From the NCBI RefSeq assembly GCF_009914755.1, contig NC_060947.1: a DNA stretch of 64,000 nucleotides; one strand, written 5' to 3'. Both the position numbers and the translations under genes were made by a program. This document shows positions 1 through 14,637 of the stretch, in pieces. Each line of letters opens with the position of its first letter. Within the stretch, counting starts at the first letter, position 1. Under the pieces are notes generated by a model. The model saw only the letters and a program-made list of their open reading frames with translations. It had not been told where the DNA came from and did not search any database. This DNA is from the human T2T-CHM13v2.0 reference genome, Homo sapiens.

Positions 1-224
1 TGCTTCAAAACATGTATTTATGTCTCCTTGCCCCATCAGGGCCCAGGATCACTGCACCTTCAGGATGAAGACATTAAAGATATGCAGTTTGGGTACAGAA
101 TTGTGTTGAGATTGGGTTTTTATGTAGGAATTAGACACTGGCTTAGAGAAGAGCCCTCTTTCAAACCCTCAAGGAAGGGTCCATGCCCTTATTCAATATG
201 GGAGAGGCAGTGAGTGTTGTAGTG

Positions 225-300
225 TGCCATGATGCTGGACAAGGTGTCTCTGTTTTCACAGCCTCAGTTTCCCTTGCTGTAAAATGATGACAAGTCATGT
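225..300 (+). mobile_element. MIR SINE fragment
   Basis: MIR core-like gcctcagtttccc..ctgtaaaatg. Confidence 0.5.
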
Positions 301-439
301 CTAAGGGCCCCACAGCCAGGCCAACCTGGGAGCCTGTATTTAGGGCTTGTTCATTAGTTGTGTCTCCCTGCTGCCTGGCTGCATGACCCCTGGGGAAGTG
401 GCCAAATGAGGCCATATACAACTCCATTTGCAGAAATAC

Positions 440-561
440 CTTGCCAGGCCCCAGGTGTTTTCTGGGAGAGTCTCAGTTCAGGTCTCAGCTTTGAGGTATG
501 GCTTTTGACTACTGCTCACTTCAGCCCAGGACAGAGTATTCAAAACAGGAGCCCTTGTAGC
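440..561 (-). pseudogene. Candidate decayed exon of the minus-strand lost gene (ATRAPVLNTLSWAEVSSSQKPYLKAET*TETLPENTWGLA)
   Basis: Acceptor ctctccctggccag|, donor AAG|gtattt; 122 nt, phase 0 in; one in-frame TGA. Confidence 0.25.
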
Positions 562-846
562 CTGGCCAGGGAGAGGCTCTGCATCCCATCTCAGTGAAGG
601 CCACATGTCCTGCCCCCACCCTTCTCCAGGAAAGAATGCCTATTGTGTGTCCTGTCCAATGACCCCCAAAGGGAAGGGCAGTCCCCCTGAAGAGCTGGCC
701 TTGGGAATAGCTGAATTTTCACTAAACAAGGCAGAAGTGATGCTCTCTATGCTCACTGCCTACATCATTAACCGACAGAAAAAAAAAAAAAAAAACTATC
801 TCTGCTCTCAGAAGATTCAGCTAGACCTTTAGTGCTGATGACTCAC

Positions 847-925
847 TTTCTCAAAAGCAGAGTTTCTCTATTTCTTTCCAAGTAAAATTTTTACCCCTTC
901 TTAATGACTGAATGACCGCCAGGCA
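847..925 (-). pseudogene. Candidate decayed exon (CLAVIQSLRRGKNFTWKEIEKLCF...)
   Basis: Good acceptor ctgctttctcccag| and donor AAA|gtgagt; 79 nt, would be a 78-nt phase 0-0 exon ending ..CFEK if one T of TTTT is an insertion. Confidence 0.35.
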
Positions 926-1154
926 CTGGGAGAAAGCAGTCCTTCAGCAGCCACCATGTGGGCACACCCAGGGCCCAGCAGGCAGCACACTGTCAGCAGG
1001 CACCCACTTCCCCTTTCAACTCCCCAGGATCAAGAGTAACAAAGGCCAAGCCTCCCTACTGGGAGGGCTTGCCCATCAGCCAAGCTGGCATTGCCCAGGG
1101 AACACTGGGGTCTTGGCAAGGCAACTCTGGAAATGAAGTTGTAAGTGACCTCAC

Positions 1155-1300
1155 TTGGCCACTTTTCCAGGAGGGCATTTGCTCCTTCTCTGAACTCCGG
1201 CGGACAAGTCTATAGTGTCTTGGAATGACCTCCAAGATCCTGCCATAACATTCCCCATCCACTTGCCTCCTCTGTGAGCTGGGACCAGTAACTTCTGCCC
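1155..1300 (-). pseudogene. Candidate exon (AEVTGPSSQRRQVDGECYGRILEVIPRHYRLVRRSSEKEQMPSWKSGQ)
   Basis: Acceptor cttccttag|, donor CAA|gtgagg; 146 nt, open, phase 1 in and phase 0 out (matches the 925 acceptor). Confidence 0.3.
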
Positions 1301-1354
1301 CTAAGGAAGCTGACCTGGTAGTTTTCACCCCTCTCCCTCCATTGCTTCTTTTAA

Positions 1355-1460
1355 TCCTCCCAGCACAGTAAAGGGTGGAAAATAATTATCCCCATCCTAC
1401 AGATGAGGAAACTGAGGCATCTTTTTAGCTGCAGACTTAGGATTTGAATCCCAATCTGTG
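1355..1460 (-). mobile_element. MIR SINE fragment
   Basis: attatccccatcctacagatgaggaaactgaggc...ggatttgaatcc is antisense MIR core. Confidence 0.7.
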
Positions 1461-1479
1461 GGGTCCCTCATGTAGGGAG

Positions 1480-1639
1480 ACTGCTCCCACTGCTTCCTGG
1501 CTGGCCTTGGGCTCTCTCCTAGAAGCCATGATAACCTCCTCATCTTTTTTTGTTCTGGTTTTCCCTAGCTTGATAAGGTCTTGGTCTTCCCAGAGAGCTG
1601 GGCTCTTGCACTGGGGGTAGGGTGGAGGTTGGGCAGCAC
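1480..1639 (-). pseudogene. Candidate exon (GAAQPPPYPQCKSPALWEDQDLIKLGKTRTKKDEEVIMASRREPKASQEA)
   Basis: Acceptor ggttttgttattcag|G at 1640/1639; phase-1 frame open; donor not clearly identified. Confidence 0.25.
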
Positions 1640-1779
1640 CTGAATAACAAAACCTTGCTGCTCTGCCAATCCTCCAGTGTTGAGGGACAGAGGCATGGTG
1701 GTAAAGGGATGGGAGGAGGCAGAGTCAAGTTCACATAGTGTGGAGTAGGAATCCACGCCTGAGGAATGGCAATAGGGAA

Positions 1780-2130
1780 GGAGAAGATGGGGCCAAGTCG
1801 AGATAAGTCAAGGAGGCAGAATCTGCAGAGCTTGAAAATAATTGGCTGTGGAAGCAAAGTAAATGGGAGGCACCTGAGATGACTCACAGGTTTCTGACTC
1901 ACCGGCCATTGGGTGGCCGGTGGTGTCATTTTGTAAGACAGGGAATCCAGAAGGAGCAGTATAGGAATGTAGGGGTGGAGACAATGAGTTTGATTTTGGA
2001 AAGATAGAGTTTTAGGTGCTAATAGGGCACTCGGGTGGAAGGGTGCCCACTAGACAGTTGGGTATCCAGGACTGGGGCTCAGGGCAGAGGGAGGGTCTAG
2101 GGTGGAGATGCTAATTTGAAGGTTATTGAC
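1780..2130 (-). mobile_element. LINE-2 fragment
   Basis: Typical antisense L2 (gatgactcacaggtttctg...gagtttgattttgga...agacagttgg...ggctcagggcagag). Confidence 0.75.
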
Positions 2131-2211
2131 TACTAAACTTGTGTTGTTCAATATGGTGACTTCTAGCCACGTTGCTATTTAAATGTAAATTAATTTTAAT
2201 TTTAAAAAGCA

Positions 2212-2360
2212 CAGTATAAAATTTCTGCTTGGGGTGATGAAAAGTTTTGGAAATAGTGGTGGTCGTTGCACAACACCCTGAGTGTAATTAATGCCACTGA
2301 ATTGTACACTTAGAAATAGTTAAAATGGCAAATTTTATGTTCTATATATTTTGTAATTAA
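2212..2360 (+). mobile_element. L1MB-type 3' end fragment
   Basis: ttggggtgatgaaaagttttggaaat...aatgccactgaattgtacactta...ggcaaattttatgtt. Confidence 0.8.
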
Positions 2361-2397
2361 ACACAGAAAAGACAGAAGTTTAAATTAATTACAATTA

Positions 2398-2530
2398 CCT
2401 GGGGGCAGTGGCACGTGCCTTTAGTCCCAGCTACTTGGGAGACTGAGGTGGGAGGACTGATTGCCTGAGCCCAAGAGTTCAAGGCCAGCCTGGGCAACAG
2501 AGAGAGACCCTGTTTCTAAATAAATAAATA
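2398..2530 (+). mobile_element. FLAM (free left Alu monomer)
   Basis: Monomeric Alu with (taaa)n tail; 16-bp direct repeat taaattaattacaatt on both sides. Confidence 0.85.
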
Positions 2531-2719
2531 CTTAAATGTTTAAAAAGGAAAGAGATTTTAAAACATAAATTAATTACAATTTAAAATTCAGCTCCTCAGT
2601 CACACTAATTATATATGCGGTAGCTCAATGGATATCACATGGCTCCTGGCTGCTGTACTGGGCATGGAGATATGAAGTATTTCCATCATTGCAGATGATT
2701 CACTGTAGATGGTACCTAC

Positions 2720-2797
2720 CTGAAACCCTGGGTCTTGCTGGGATTGCTGGGGGGTATGTAATGAGAGGGCTGGGGCAACCCTGTGCAGAGATCTGAC
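2720..2797 (-). pseudogene. Candidate exon of the lost gene (GQISAQGCPSPLITYPPAIPARPRVS; alternative acceptor at 2780 gives GLPQPSHYIPPSNPSKTQGFR)
   Basis: Pyrimidine tract ctcctcttctgttgctctgctctcaaag|, strong donor CAG|gtaggt; both acceptors give an open frame with the phase-1 donor at 3374. Confidence 0.4.
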
Positions 2798-3373
2798 CTT
2801 TGAGAGCAGAGCAACAGAAGAGGAGCTAGCAACGGAAACCAGGGAGACAAATGCTGATGAAGCGACATACAACATGCTGAGGGAGCCCAGGAGACAGCAA
2901 CCAACCACATTTCAGAAAATATGCATGCCTTGCTGTTTCCCTCAAATAGTCCATGTTGTCCTGTCCCTGGGCCTTGCTTCATGGAGTGCCTTATCCTGGG
3001 AACCCTGCCATCATCATCCTTCCCATCCCTGTTCAGACGCTGCCCAGGATTTGAGGCCCCACACAGTCAGCTCCTCCCCATATGGCTATGAATCCAGAAT
3101 CTCCCAACCAGACGGAAACAGAACCAGGCACTGGCGGTTTTTCAGATTTATTAGGAAGACTTTTTACAGATTAAGACCTGCAGATGGGTTTGCACAGGGG
3201 AATCAGCTCTATACCCTGGTGTATATGTGGGACTCTGTCCAAATCTAGAAATGCCAGGCTTCTGAAACCCAGCAGACAGGACCTGCATGGTGCCTTGGGG
3301 ACAGTCAGGTGCCTTGGAGACAGCCCTATGGGCAATGGTGGAGAGAAGGAGGGCACGGCAAACTCGCACTTAC

Positions 3374-5614
3374 CGGGCAAGGCTGCACACACTGGCAGTG
3401 CTCTTCTAGCTACCTGTGGCTGGGGGTGCAAGGGAGCAGGGCTCAAGAGTGGCCCAGCTGCATTGCATGTAGGTGCATTCTGTGCCTGTGCTTGGAGCTC
3501 TGCTCTAGTGAGGCACTGACAGCAGCCCCACAGGGAAGTTTGTTGGGTTGTTTCTTAGCAGCACTATGGTGGGCATGGAGGCAGATTGGTCCTGCACATA
3601 GACCTCTGCTCCATTAAGACACAGCCTGTGCCCTGGTAGAGGCCCACTGAGCCCAGATTCAGCTCCTTGCTGAGATGGGCTCAAAGTAGACATGGGCTGA
3701 GCCTCCAGCTAGTGCTGTGCCTCAGGTGAAATCAGCCAGCAAACTCTTGCGTCATCTACTTCTGCTCCGCCAACCCAGGCTGTTTCCTTGAGTTGCTGTA
3801 CTCAGTCAATGTGTAGGTTCAGCCTGCATCTGGTCCTTGGATCAGGTGGAAGCAGCCAGCAACCCCTTGCAGCAACTCTTTCTGTTTCACTCACCAGACT
3901 GCAGTTCCATGAGGAGCTTCACTTGGTGTGGACACATGATGACTCTCTGCAAAGATCCCCAGTTAGGTGCAACCAGTTTTCTCCTGCAGTGGCTAGTTCT
4001 CCACTTCTCTGGGTGCTGGCTGTAGAGGCAGGCAACACTGGCAGGTAGAGCCCCAGTTCTTCAATAAACAGTTTGAATCTACTTGCAAAGCATTACTCCA
4101 TGCTGGTCCAGTGAGGCGCTCCACTCCATGTAGACACAGGCTGCGTATCCACTAGCAGTCCTGGCTCATCCCTGTACTGGCTGTAATTAGGCACAGAGGG
4201 CATTTCTGAGCTGATCCAGGTGGTGGTGCCTGCTGGAGCCATGCACACTGTAGATGTGGGCTGCATCTCCACAGGATAGTCTGATGCATTTCCACAGACA
4301 GGGGCTTGTCCTGTGTGGATACAGGTGGAAGTTCCTTGAGAAGCCTCATTTTGTGTGCAAGCTATGTGGTTCTGTGTAGACGCTGCCTGGTTATCTGCAG
4401 ATGCAAACTCAATCTCAGTAAACATAGCCTCCTTCTGTGCTTACACAGCCTTCTTGGTGACAGATAAAACCTCATCTTGGGTAGACACAGCCTCATTTTG
4501 GGCAGGTGCAGCTTCATCTTGGGAATGTCCCACCTTGTCCTGGGCAGCCATAGTTTGGTTCTGTGCAGACACAGCCTGTGATGACACACAGAGTTTTTGC
4601 TCATGTAGACACAGTTTATGGCCTGTTGCAGGGCAGCTGTTGACACAGCCAACATCCTCTTGTGGAGTCTGTGCTGTGTAGATGAGGCTTGAGCTTGCTT
4701 ACTGAACTGTGTTCTTTGTAGAGACAGTTTGTATCTGGGTATAAAGTCACCTCCTGTGTGGCCATGGCCTGCAGAAGCCTGCCGAGGCTCATCTTGTTTA
4801 GATGTTGTCTGCACCTTTCCACTGAGCCTCCTTGCACAGATATGCCTGCATTGCCTTATGAAATTTCACTTGGTCCTGACCTAGCCAGCACCACCATGCA
4901 GAGCTGTGCACCACATGGATCCATGGGGGGTCTTGAAGAGCCACATTCATGACTAATGCAACCTCTGCCTCCAGGGAACTGCCATCATTTTTCTGCAGAG
5001 CTGTGATCCACACAGTGGCAGTGTGCATCACTGGGAAGACCCACAGTCCTCATGTTGGTGCTGCCCGCATCTCCTGGCTGGGTGCTATCCTCCACTTTTA
5101 CCGTCTGCCTCTTGTGGCAGATCGGGGCTCTGTATGTGCAGTTGGCTTCTGCCTGCAGGGCTGGACTTGACAGACACAGCAAGCATCTCTTTGCAGTTTT
5201 GTCCTGTGGAAACACAGCCCTGTTTTCCTTGGGAAGTTTTGTCTTGCATGGATGTTGTCTGTATCTCTTTAGGGAGCCAGATTCCACGTAGATGCAGCCC
5301 ACATCCACTAGAAGAGCCTCATATCATGTAGATGCAGCCTTCATCCCCACATAGAGGCATCCCCACACATTCTTGTGGAGTGGAGCTACCTGTGGATCCA
5401 GATTGCCTCTGACCACCTGCCTTGTGTGCTGCCCCAGGTTACTCGGGTGGCCCAGTCCCTACAGCTATGGCTCCCCCACACCGTGCTGCTTTCTTTGCTG
5501 TGATATCTGCTCAGGCAGCAGTGATTTCAGCTCCGCCCTAGGACCCAAGTTCCTGCTTGGGGCCCCGGCCCCCTTGGAACCCCAGCTGGTGCCAGCACAG
5601 CCTGCCTCCATCTC
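3374..5614 (-). pseudogene. Decayed large coding-like exon encoding a Ser/Thr/Gln/Ala-rich repetitive protein (putative unitary pseudogene)
   Basis: Kozak caggagATGG at 5611; recurrent motif like (E/D/K)xQ(A/P/T)xST throughout; internal paralogous peptides (LLVDV.AASTWNLAP ~ LLVDTQPVSTWSGAP; QDKTSQGKQGCVSTGQ ~ QNEASQGTSTCIHTGQ); ends in CCG|gtaagt; many stops and frameshifts; no transposon recognised. Confidence 0.55.
4333..4584 (-). repeat. Degenerate 21-bp tandem repeat, 12 units (heptad Q-N/D-E-A-x-S-T)
   Basis: Units in register without indels: SSQAVSA QNQTMAA QDKVGHS QDEAAPA QNEAVST QDEVLSV TKKAV*A QKEAMFT EIEFASA DNQAAST QNHIACT QNEASQG. Confidence 0.85.
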
Positions 5615-5764
5615 CTGATGGAGCAGGAGGAACCCAGGTAGGTGGCGGGGTGGGGGTGGGATGGAACAACCAAGAGGAGACAGACTGGAGGAGAGCAAGC
5701 AAGCTGACAGGAGGGGCCAGCCAACCTCAGAAGCCAAACATGCAGGCTTTGGCTGAAGTGGGTG

Positions 5765-5772
5765 TATTTATA
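5765..5772 (-). promoter_or_regulatory. Candidate TATA box (TATAAATA)
   Basis: Consensus TATA in GC-rich surroundings about 155 bp upstream of the ATG at 5611. Confidence 0.35.
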
Positions 5773-6094
5773 CAAAGAGAAAGGAGGTGGAAAAAATCCA
5801 CTGCCACTCCCTGCTTGGCTCAAGCCCTGGTCTGGGTAAAGCCTGGAGAGTTTAATATGACTGACTCTGAGTCCCAGCCAGTCTACTTCCAGGACACAGT
5901 GAAGACAGCCCTGGAGAGTTGCTCCTGAGGAGATGACTCCCCCTATGCAGTGGCCCTGTCCAGGTCAGCTGGAGGCCATTGCTCCAAAGGAAGGCCTCCC
6001 CATGGGGCAGAGCAGGCACACATGAGTCCTCAGGGTTTCCAATGGGAAGAGACCTTAGAGGCAGTGCAGACTGCTGTGGTTGGCCTGGAGGCCG

Positions 6095-6200
6095 GGACAG
6101 AACCCAGAGCCCAGGTCCCACTCAGCCACTAATTCCCTGAATAACCTTGGGTAGGTCTCTCACCTCTCTGAGCCTAAGTTTCATCATCTTTTAATGACAA
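6095..6200 (+). mobile_element. MIR fragment
   Basis: accttgggtaggtctctcacctctctgagcctaagtttcatcatct. Confidence 0.65.
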
Positions 6201-7569
6201 GTACCATGACTGCTAAGATTTTTTGCTGCTCTCACTTTCCAGGATTGTTGGGGCTCTTTTGTTCCCCCAACCCCCTTTGCTTTACAGATGGGTGGCTGAG
6301 GCCCTGGGAAGTGGCAGGCTCTGGCTCACCCAATGTCCACAGTGGCACCTGAGCTAGAACCCAAACGCTCTTGCTCTAACACTAGGCCCTTTTCTCCTGG
6401 TCCTTTTCTAGAGAAGTCAGCAGTGTGGTGCTAGAAGATGGAGCCCAGCTTGCAGGAGGCCCAGAGAGCTGGCACTGGGGAGACCACACCTTCATGGATC
6501 TGTGATCCCTTCACTGCCAAATCCTCAGCCTGTCACACCAAGAAGATACTGGCCTTCTGGCAGATAAAGTGGAAGGTGAACTCAGAGCAGCCCTATCACA
6601 GTGGCCAGCTTCATCCCAGGCTCAGAATCCAAGAGCATCCTTCACTGGCTCCCTGGTCCTAGCCGCCAGCTCTGGGAGGAGTCAGGGCCCAAGTCACTGG
6701 GCCCAGGTCAAGGCAGAGGAGCTGAAGCCCAGAGAGGGAAAGAAAGTGAAGGGTGCAGGTTGGCAGCAACCTTGTGTGTTGAAACAGAATTCCTGGGGAG
6801 GGAAGCAAAACAACATTTTCCTACCTCCGTGGCTCCCTGAGGAACAGTGGCAGCCCAAAGATGGGACTCCTCCCTCTGTTCACATTAGCCAGCCCTCAGC
6901 ATACCATGATGCATCTGTGCAATTGCCATACTTATAAAGCATCTTTCTCATCAATGAACATGTGCCAGAAGGGATTTATTGCCCCCCTTTTTCTCTATCA
7001 GTCAGATATTTACTATCTCTGTCCTTGTGTGAAAATATTCTCAGAAGTGCCATGAGAACATTTCCTATTGTGAGATTGCCAAAGAACCAAGGCAAACATC
7101 ATACATCTTTCTTGGGAAAATGTCTCACGACCTTCACCAAATCCTGGGGGAAACTCACTGCAGTCTGACAGTCCTCAGATCCCTCCCAGTCCTAGACCTG
7201 GCTCCTGGCTCTCAAATAGGCTTAGGCTAATGGAGACCTGGATTCCAGTCTGAGCTTTGTCATACATTTGATATGTCACGTAATGCAGGTTCTTTGGACT
7301 CTCTGGGCCCCAGATTCTACAGAGGTGGCATGAAGAGGGTTTTACCTAGATGGGGGTGACTAGCCTATGCTCTGAGGATGAAGCAATTTTTGGTGACCTA
7401 GAAAGTTATAAAATATGCCAACATCCCAAACAAATCCCAGTATAGAGCAACTGCTAAATAGTGAGCAGAGAAGTATCATCTGGTAGATAATGTCAGTTTC
7501 AGCAACCTAACATTTTAGATTGATGATTCACTAACAATTACATTATTTTATAGTGAATTATTAATCAAA

Positions 7570-7790
7570 GCTAACATTCTGTGCCAGTGCCAGACAATAT
7601 TCTCTATGTCTTGTGAATATTGACTCATTTCATCCTTATAGCACCCACCGAGGTGGGTACTGTTGTTATCCCTTTTCAGATATGAGACAACTGACACACA
7701 GAGAGAGGCATATTGCCCCAGGTCACACAGATAGTGTGCTGGAGCTTGGATTCAGTTAGGCCAGGCGCTTAACCACTGCTGTCTTCTGCC
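7570..7790 (-). mobile_element. MIR
   Basis: actcatttcatccttatagcacc...gagacaactgacacacagagag...ttgccccaggtcacacag. Confidence 0.75.
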
Positions 7791-7799
7791 TCCTGTTGA

Positions 7800-7985
7800 A
7801 ACACTTGGCAATTTCTGTCCTTCCATTAAGTTACATCATCTAAGCTCTTTGAGTCTCAATTTCTTTATTCGTATAAAGGGAAACTAACAGGACCTACCTC
7901 ATAGGGTTGTTGCAAGGATGAAACTAGAGAATGTGCCAGAAGAGCCTGCTCTACAGTGCATGTGCAATACATTCTTACTGTTGTA
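7800..7985 (+). mobile_element. MIR
   Basis: gagtctcaatttctttattcgtataaaggg...acctacctcatagggttgttg. Confidence 0.7.
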
Positions 7986-8134
7986 AATGGTGCCCATGTC
8001 AGTATTCACATCCTACTCTGGCATGTGCCATCTGTGTAGGGACATTAATGGTTTATACCGATTTAAACTTGCTATTTAGGGATGTTACAATAATGATTCT
8101 ACCAGAAGTTTCAGATACAAATGCAACCAACAAG

Positions 8135-8310
8135 CATTGTCAAGCACTTTCACATACATCTCCTGGGGCAATCTGTAGACAACTTTGCAAATGTGCTATT
8201 CCTATTTTGCAGATGAGAAAACTGAGGCTTGTAAATTTCCCAAGGTTACCCAACTCACAGGTGGCAGAGCTGGGACTCTAACCCAAGTCCACCACTCACT
8301 CTCTGCTACA
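8135..8310 (-). mobile_element. MIR
   Basis: cctattttgcagatgagaaaactgaggct...ggtggcagagctgggactctaaccca. Confidence 0.75.
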
Positions 8311-8482
8311 CAGTTTGGCCACCCCTGTCCTGAAATGAAAAACCTCTTAGGTTTTTCAAGAGACTTGTGTGCTTTGATTCAGAGATGGATAAGCTGAGTA
8401 AATGCAACAGAGAAACATGGCTCTAAGGTCCCTCCCACTCCACCAGCCAAGAGCCAAAGCTGCTTTCACCTGGACACACTTC

Positions 8483-11775
<3,293 letters not shown>

Positions 11776-13297
11776 TCAGGCTCCTTGTTTTAATAAAAGG
11801 TCTCTTTTACAGATAAAAATAAATAAATAAAACACCACATGTCCACTCCACAGGGTCACTCCTTACAATGAAACTGAGATTTTACTCTCCCTCCCTCTTA
11901 CTTCCCATTTCCATTGTCTAAAGATTCTATGAAAAACCAAGAAAGGTCCAAAGAGCTAATCAAAAATAGAACAGTCATTTTTTCTATTTTAAATAACAGC
12001 TTTAGTGAGGTATACTTCGCATACCATAAAATTCACCCTTTAAAAATTCTCTATTCTTTAAAAGTGTACATACAACTCAGTGATTTTAGTGTATTCACAG
12101 AATTGTGCAACCATCACCACTATCTAATTCCACAACATTTTCATCACTTCAAATGGAAACCCTGTATCCATTAAATAGTCACTCTCCATCTCATCTCCCC
12201 TAGCCCCTGACAACCACTAATCTACTTTCTGTCTCTATTGATTTGCCTATTCTGGACATTTCACATTCATGGAATCATACCATATGTGGCCTATTACAAA
12301 TGGCTTCTTTCACTTAGCATAAAGTTTTCAGAGTTCATCCATGTTGTAGTATGGATCAGTACTTCATTCTTTTTATGAATGAATAATATTCCATCGTATG
12401 GATATATCCCATTTTGTTTACCCCTTCATCATTCAATGGACATTGGACTTGTTTCCACCTTTTGACTATTATTAATAATGCAGCTATTTCTGTGCAAGTT
12501 TTTGTGTAGACATATGTTTTCATTTCTCTTTAGTATGTACCTAGGAGTGGAATTGGTATTTCATATAGTAATATTTAACCTTTTGAGGAGCTACTAGACT
12601 GCTTTTCAAAGTGTCTGTACCATTTTACATTTCAACCAGCAACATATAAGGATTCTGATTTTTCCACATCCTTGCTAACATTTGCTATTGCCCATCATTT
12701 TGATTGTGGCCATTGTAGTGGGTGTAAACTGGTATCTCAGTGGGGTTTTGATTTCCATTTCCTGAATAGACAGTTTTTGTCTATTCGAATAGACATTTTT
12801 TGATGATCATGTCCATCATGATTTTGCCCATCATCTTAAATTTGTGTTGTCTTTTTACTGCCAAACTACAACTTCTTCTTCATAAATTCTAGTTACAAGT
12901 CTCTTATAGGATATATTATTTGCACAAATTTTCTCTTGGTCTATGTGGGTTGTCTTTTCATGCTCTTAACTGTATCTTTGGAAAAGTAGATATTTTATAT
13001 TTTGATGAAGTCCAATTTACCAACTTTTTCTTTTATGGATTGCACTTTGGTGTCTAAAGAATCTTTACCAAACACAAGGTTGCAAAAGATTTTCTCCAAT
13101 GTTTTATTCTAGAAGTTTTATAGTTTTAAGCTTTACATTTAGGTCTATGATACGTTTTGAGTCAATTTTTGTATACGTTGTATGGTAGGGATTAAAATTT
13201 ATTTTTTGCACAAGGGTGTCCAATTGTTCCAGTGCCACTGATTGAAAAGACTGTCACTTCTCCATGTAACTGCCTTTGCACCTTTGTCAAAAATCAG

Positions 13298-13589
13298 GTT
13301 TTGTTTTTGTTTTTGTTTTAGAGACAGGATCTCACTCTGTCACCCAGGCTAGAGTGTAGTGGCATGGTAATCTTGAACCCTTGGGCTCAAGCAATTCTCC
13401 TGACTCAGCCTCCCGAGTAGCTAGGACTACAGGTATGCACCACCATGCCTGGCTAATTTTCTAAAATTTTTGTAGAGATGGCGTTTCTTTATGTTTCCCA
13501 GGCTGGTCTTGAACCCCTGTCCTCAAGTGATCCTCCTGCCTTGGCCTCCCAAAGCACTGAAATTACAGACATGAGCCATTGTGCCCAGC
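13298..13589 (-). mobile_element. AluJ
   Basis: Diverged dimeric Alu with (ttttg)n tail; gggctcaagcaattctcc. Confidence 0.9.
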
Positions 13590-14217
13590 AAAAATAAATA
13601 AATAAAAAATCAGTTTTCTATATATGTACAGGTCTATTTCTAGACTCTCTGTTCTGTTCCATTGATCTATTTATCTTGATACCAACATCACTGTGTCTTG
13701 ATTACTATGTTGTATAATAAATCTTGAAATCAGGTAGTGTAAGTCTTCCAAATTTATTCTTCTTTTGTCAAAGTTAGTTTAGCAATACTAGATCTTTTGC
13801 ATTTTCATATGAATTTTAGAATCAACTCGTTAATTTCTACTCAAAAGCGTCCTGGAATCTTGACTGGTATTGTACTGAATCTACAAAACAATTTGGGGAA
13901 AATTCACACCTTAACAATGTTAAATCCTTGCCCTGTGAACATAGTATATCTCTGTTTATTTAGATCTTTTTATTTTCTCTCAGCAGTGTTTTATAGTTTT
14001 TACGGTAGAGGTCCTTTACATCTTTTCTCAAGTTTATCCCTAAGTATTTTGTATCATTGATGCTATTTTAAGTGGTAATTTTTATTTCAATTTCTGATTA
14101 TTCATAGGTAGTATATAAGAATGAAACTGATTTTTGTATATTGATCTTATATCCCATAATCTTACTAAACTCACTTACTGCCCCTTTTTGTAGATTCCAT
14201 CAGATTTTTCTACATAG

Positions 14218-14637
<420 letters not shown>

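Larger units (their letters stand above)
2135..2712. mobile_element. MER3-like hAT-Charlie MITE, split by an L1MB fragment and a FLAM
   Basis: gttcaatatggtgacttctagccac... and ...aaattcagctcctcagtcacacta...tttccatcattgcaga resemble the two MER3 halves. Confidence 0.65.

Noticed and set aside
605-832. Protein-looking 75-aa ORF
   Set aside because: Runs through an A17 homopolymer; no supporting signals
3090-3177. Minus-strand peptide GLNL*KVFLINLKNRQ (and nearby PQPSHYIPPSNPSKTQGF) resembling glycosyltransferase family 25 (COLGALT/CERCAM)
   Set aside because: Very short match, segments in the wrong order, in-frame stop, no convincing donor, no other GT25 motifs
2874-3248. 124-aa plus-strand ORF
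   Set aside because: No recognisable domain or codon bias; lies antisense in the putative intron
4333-4584. CRISPR-like array (also considered for the repeats at 44407 and 48074)
   Set aside because: Contiguous tandem units without spacers, no cas genes, primate DNA
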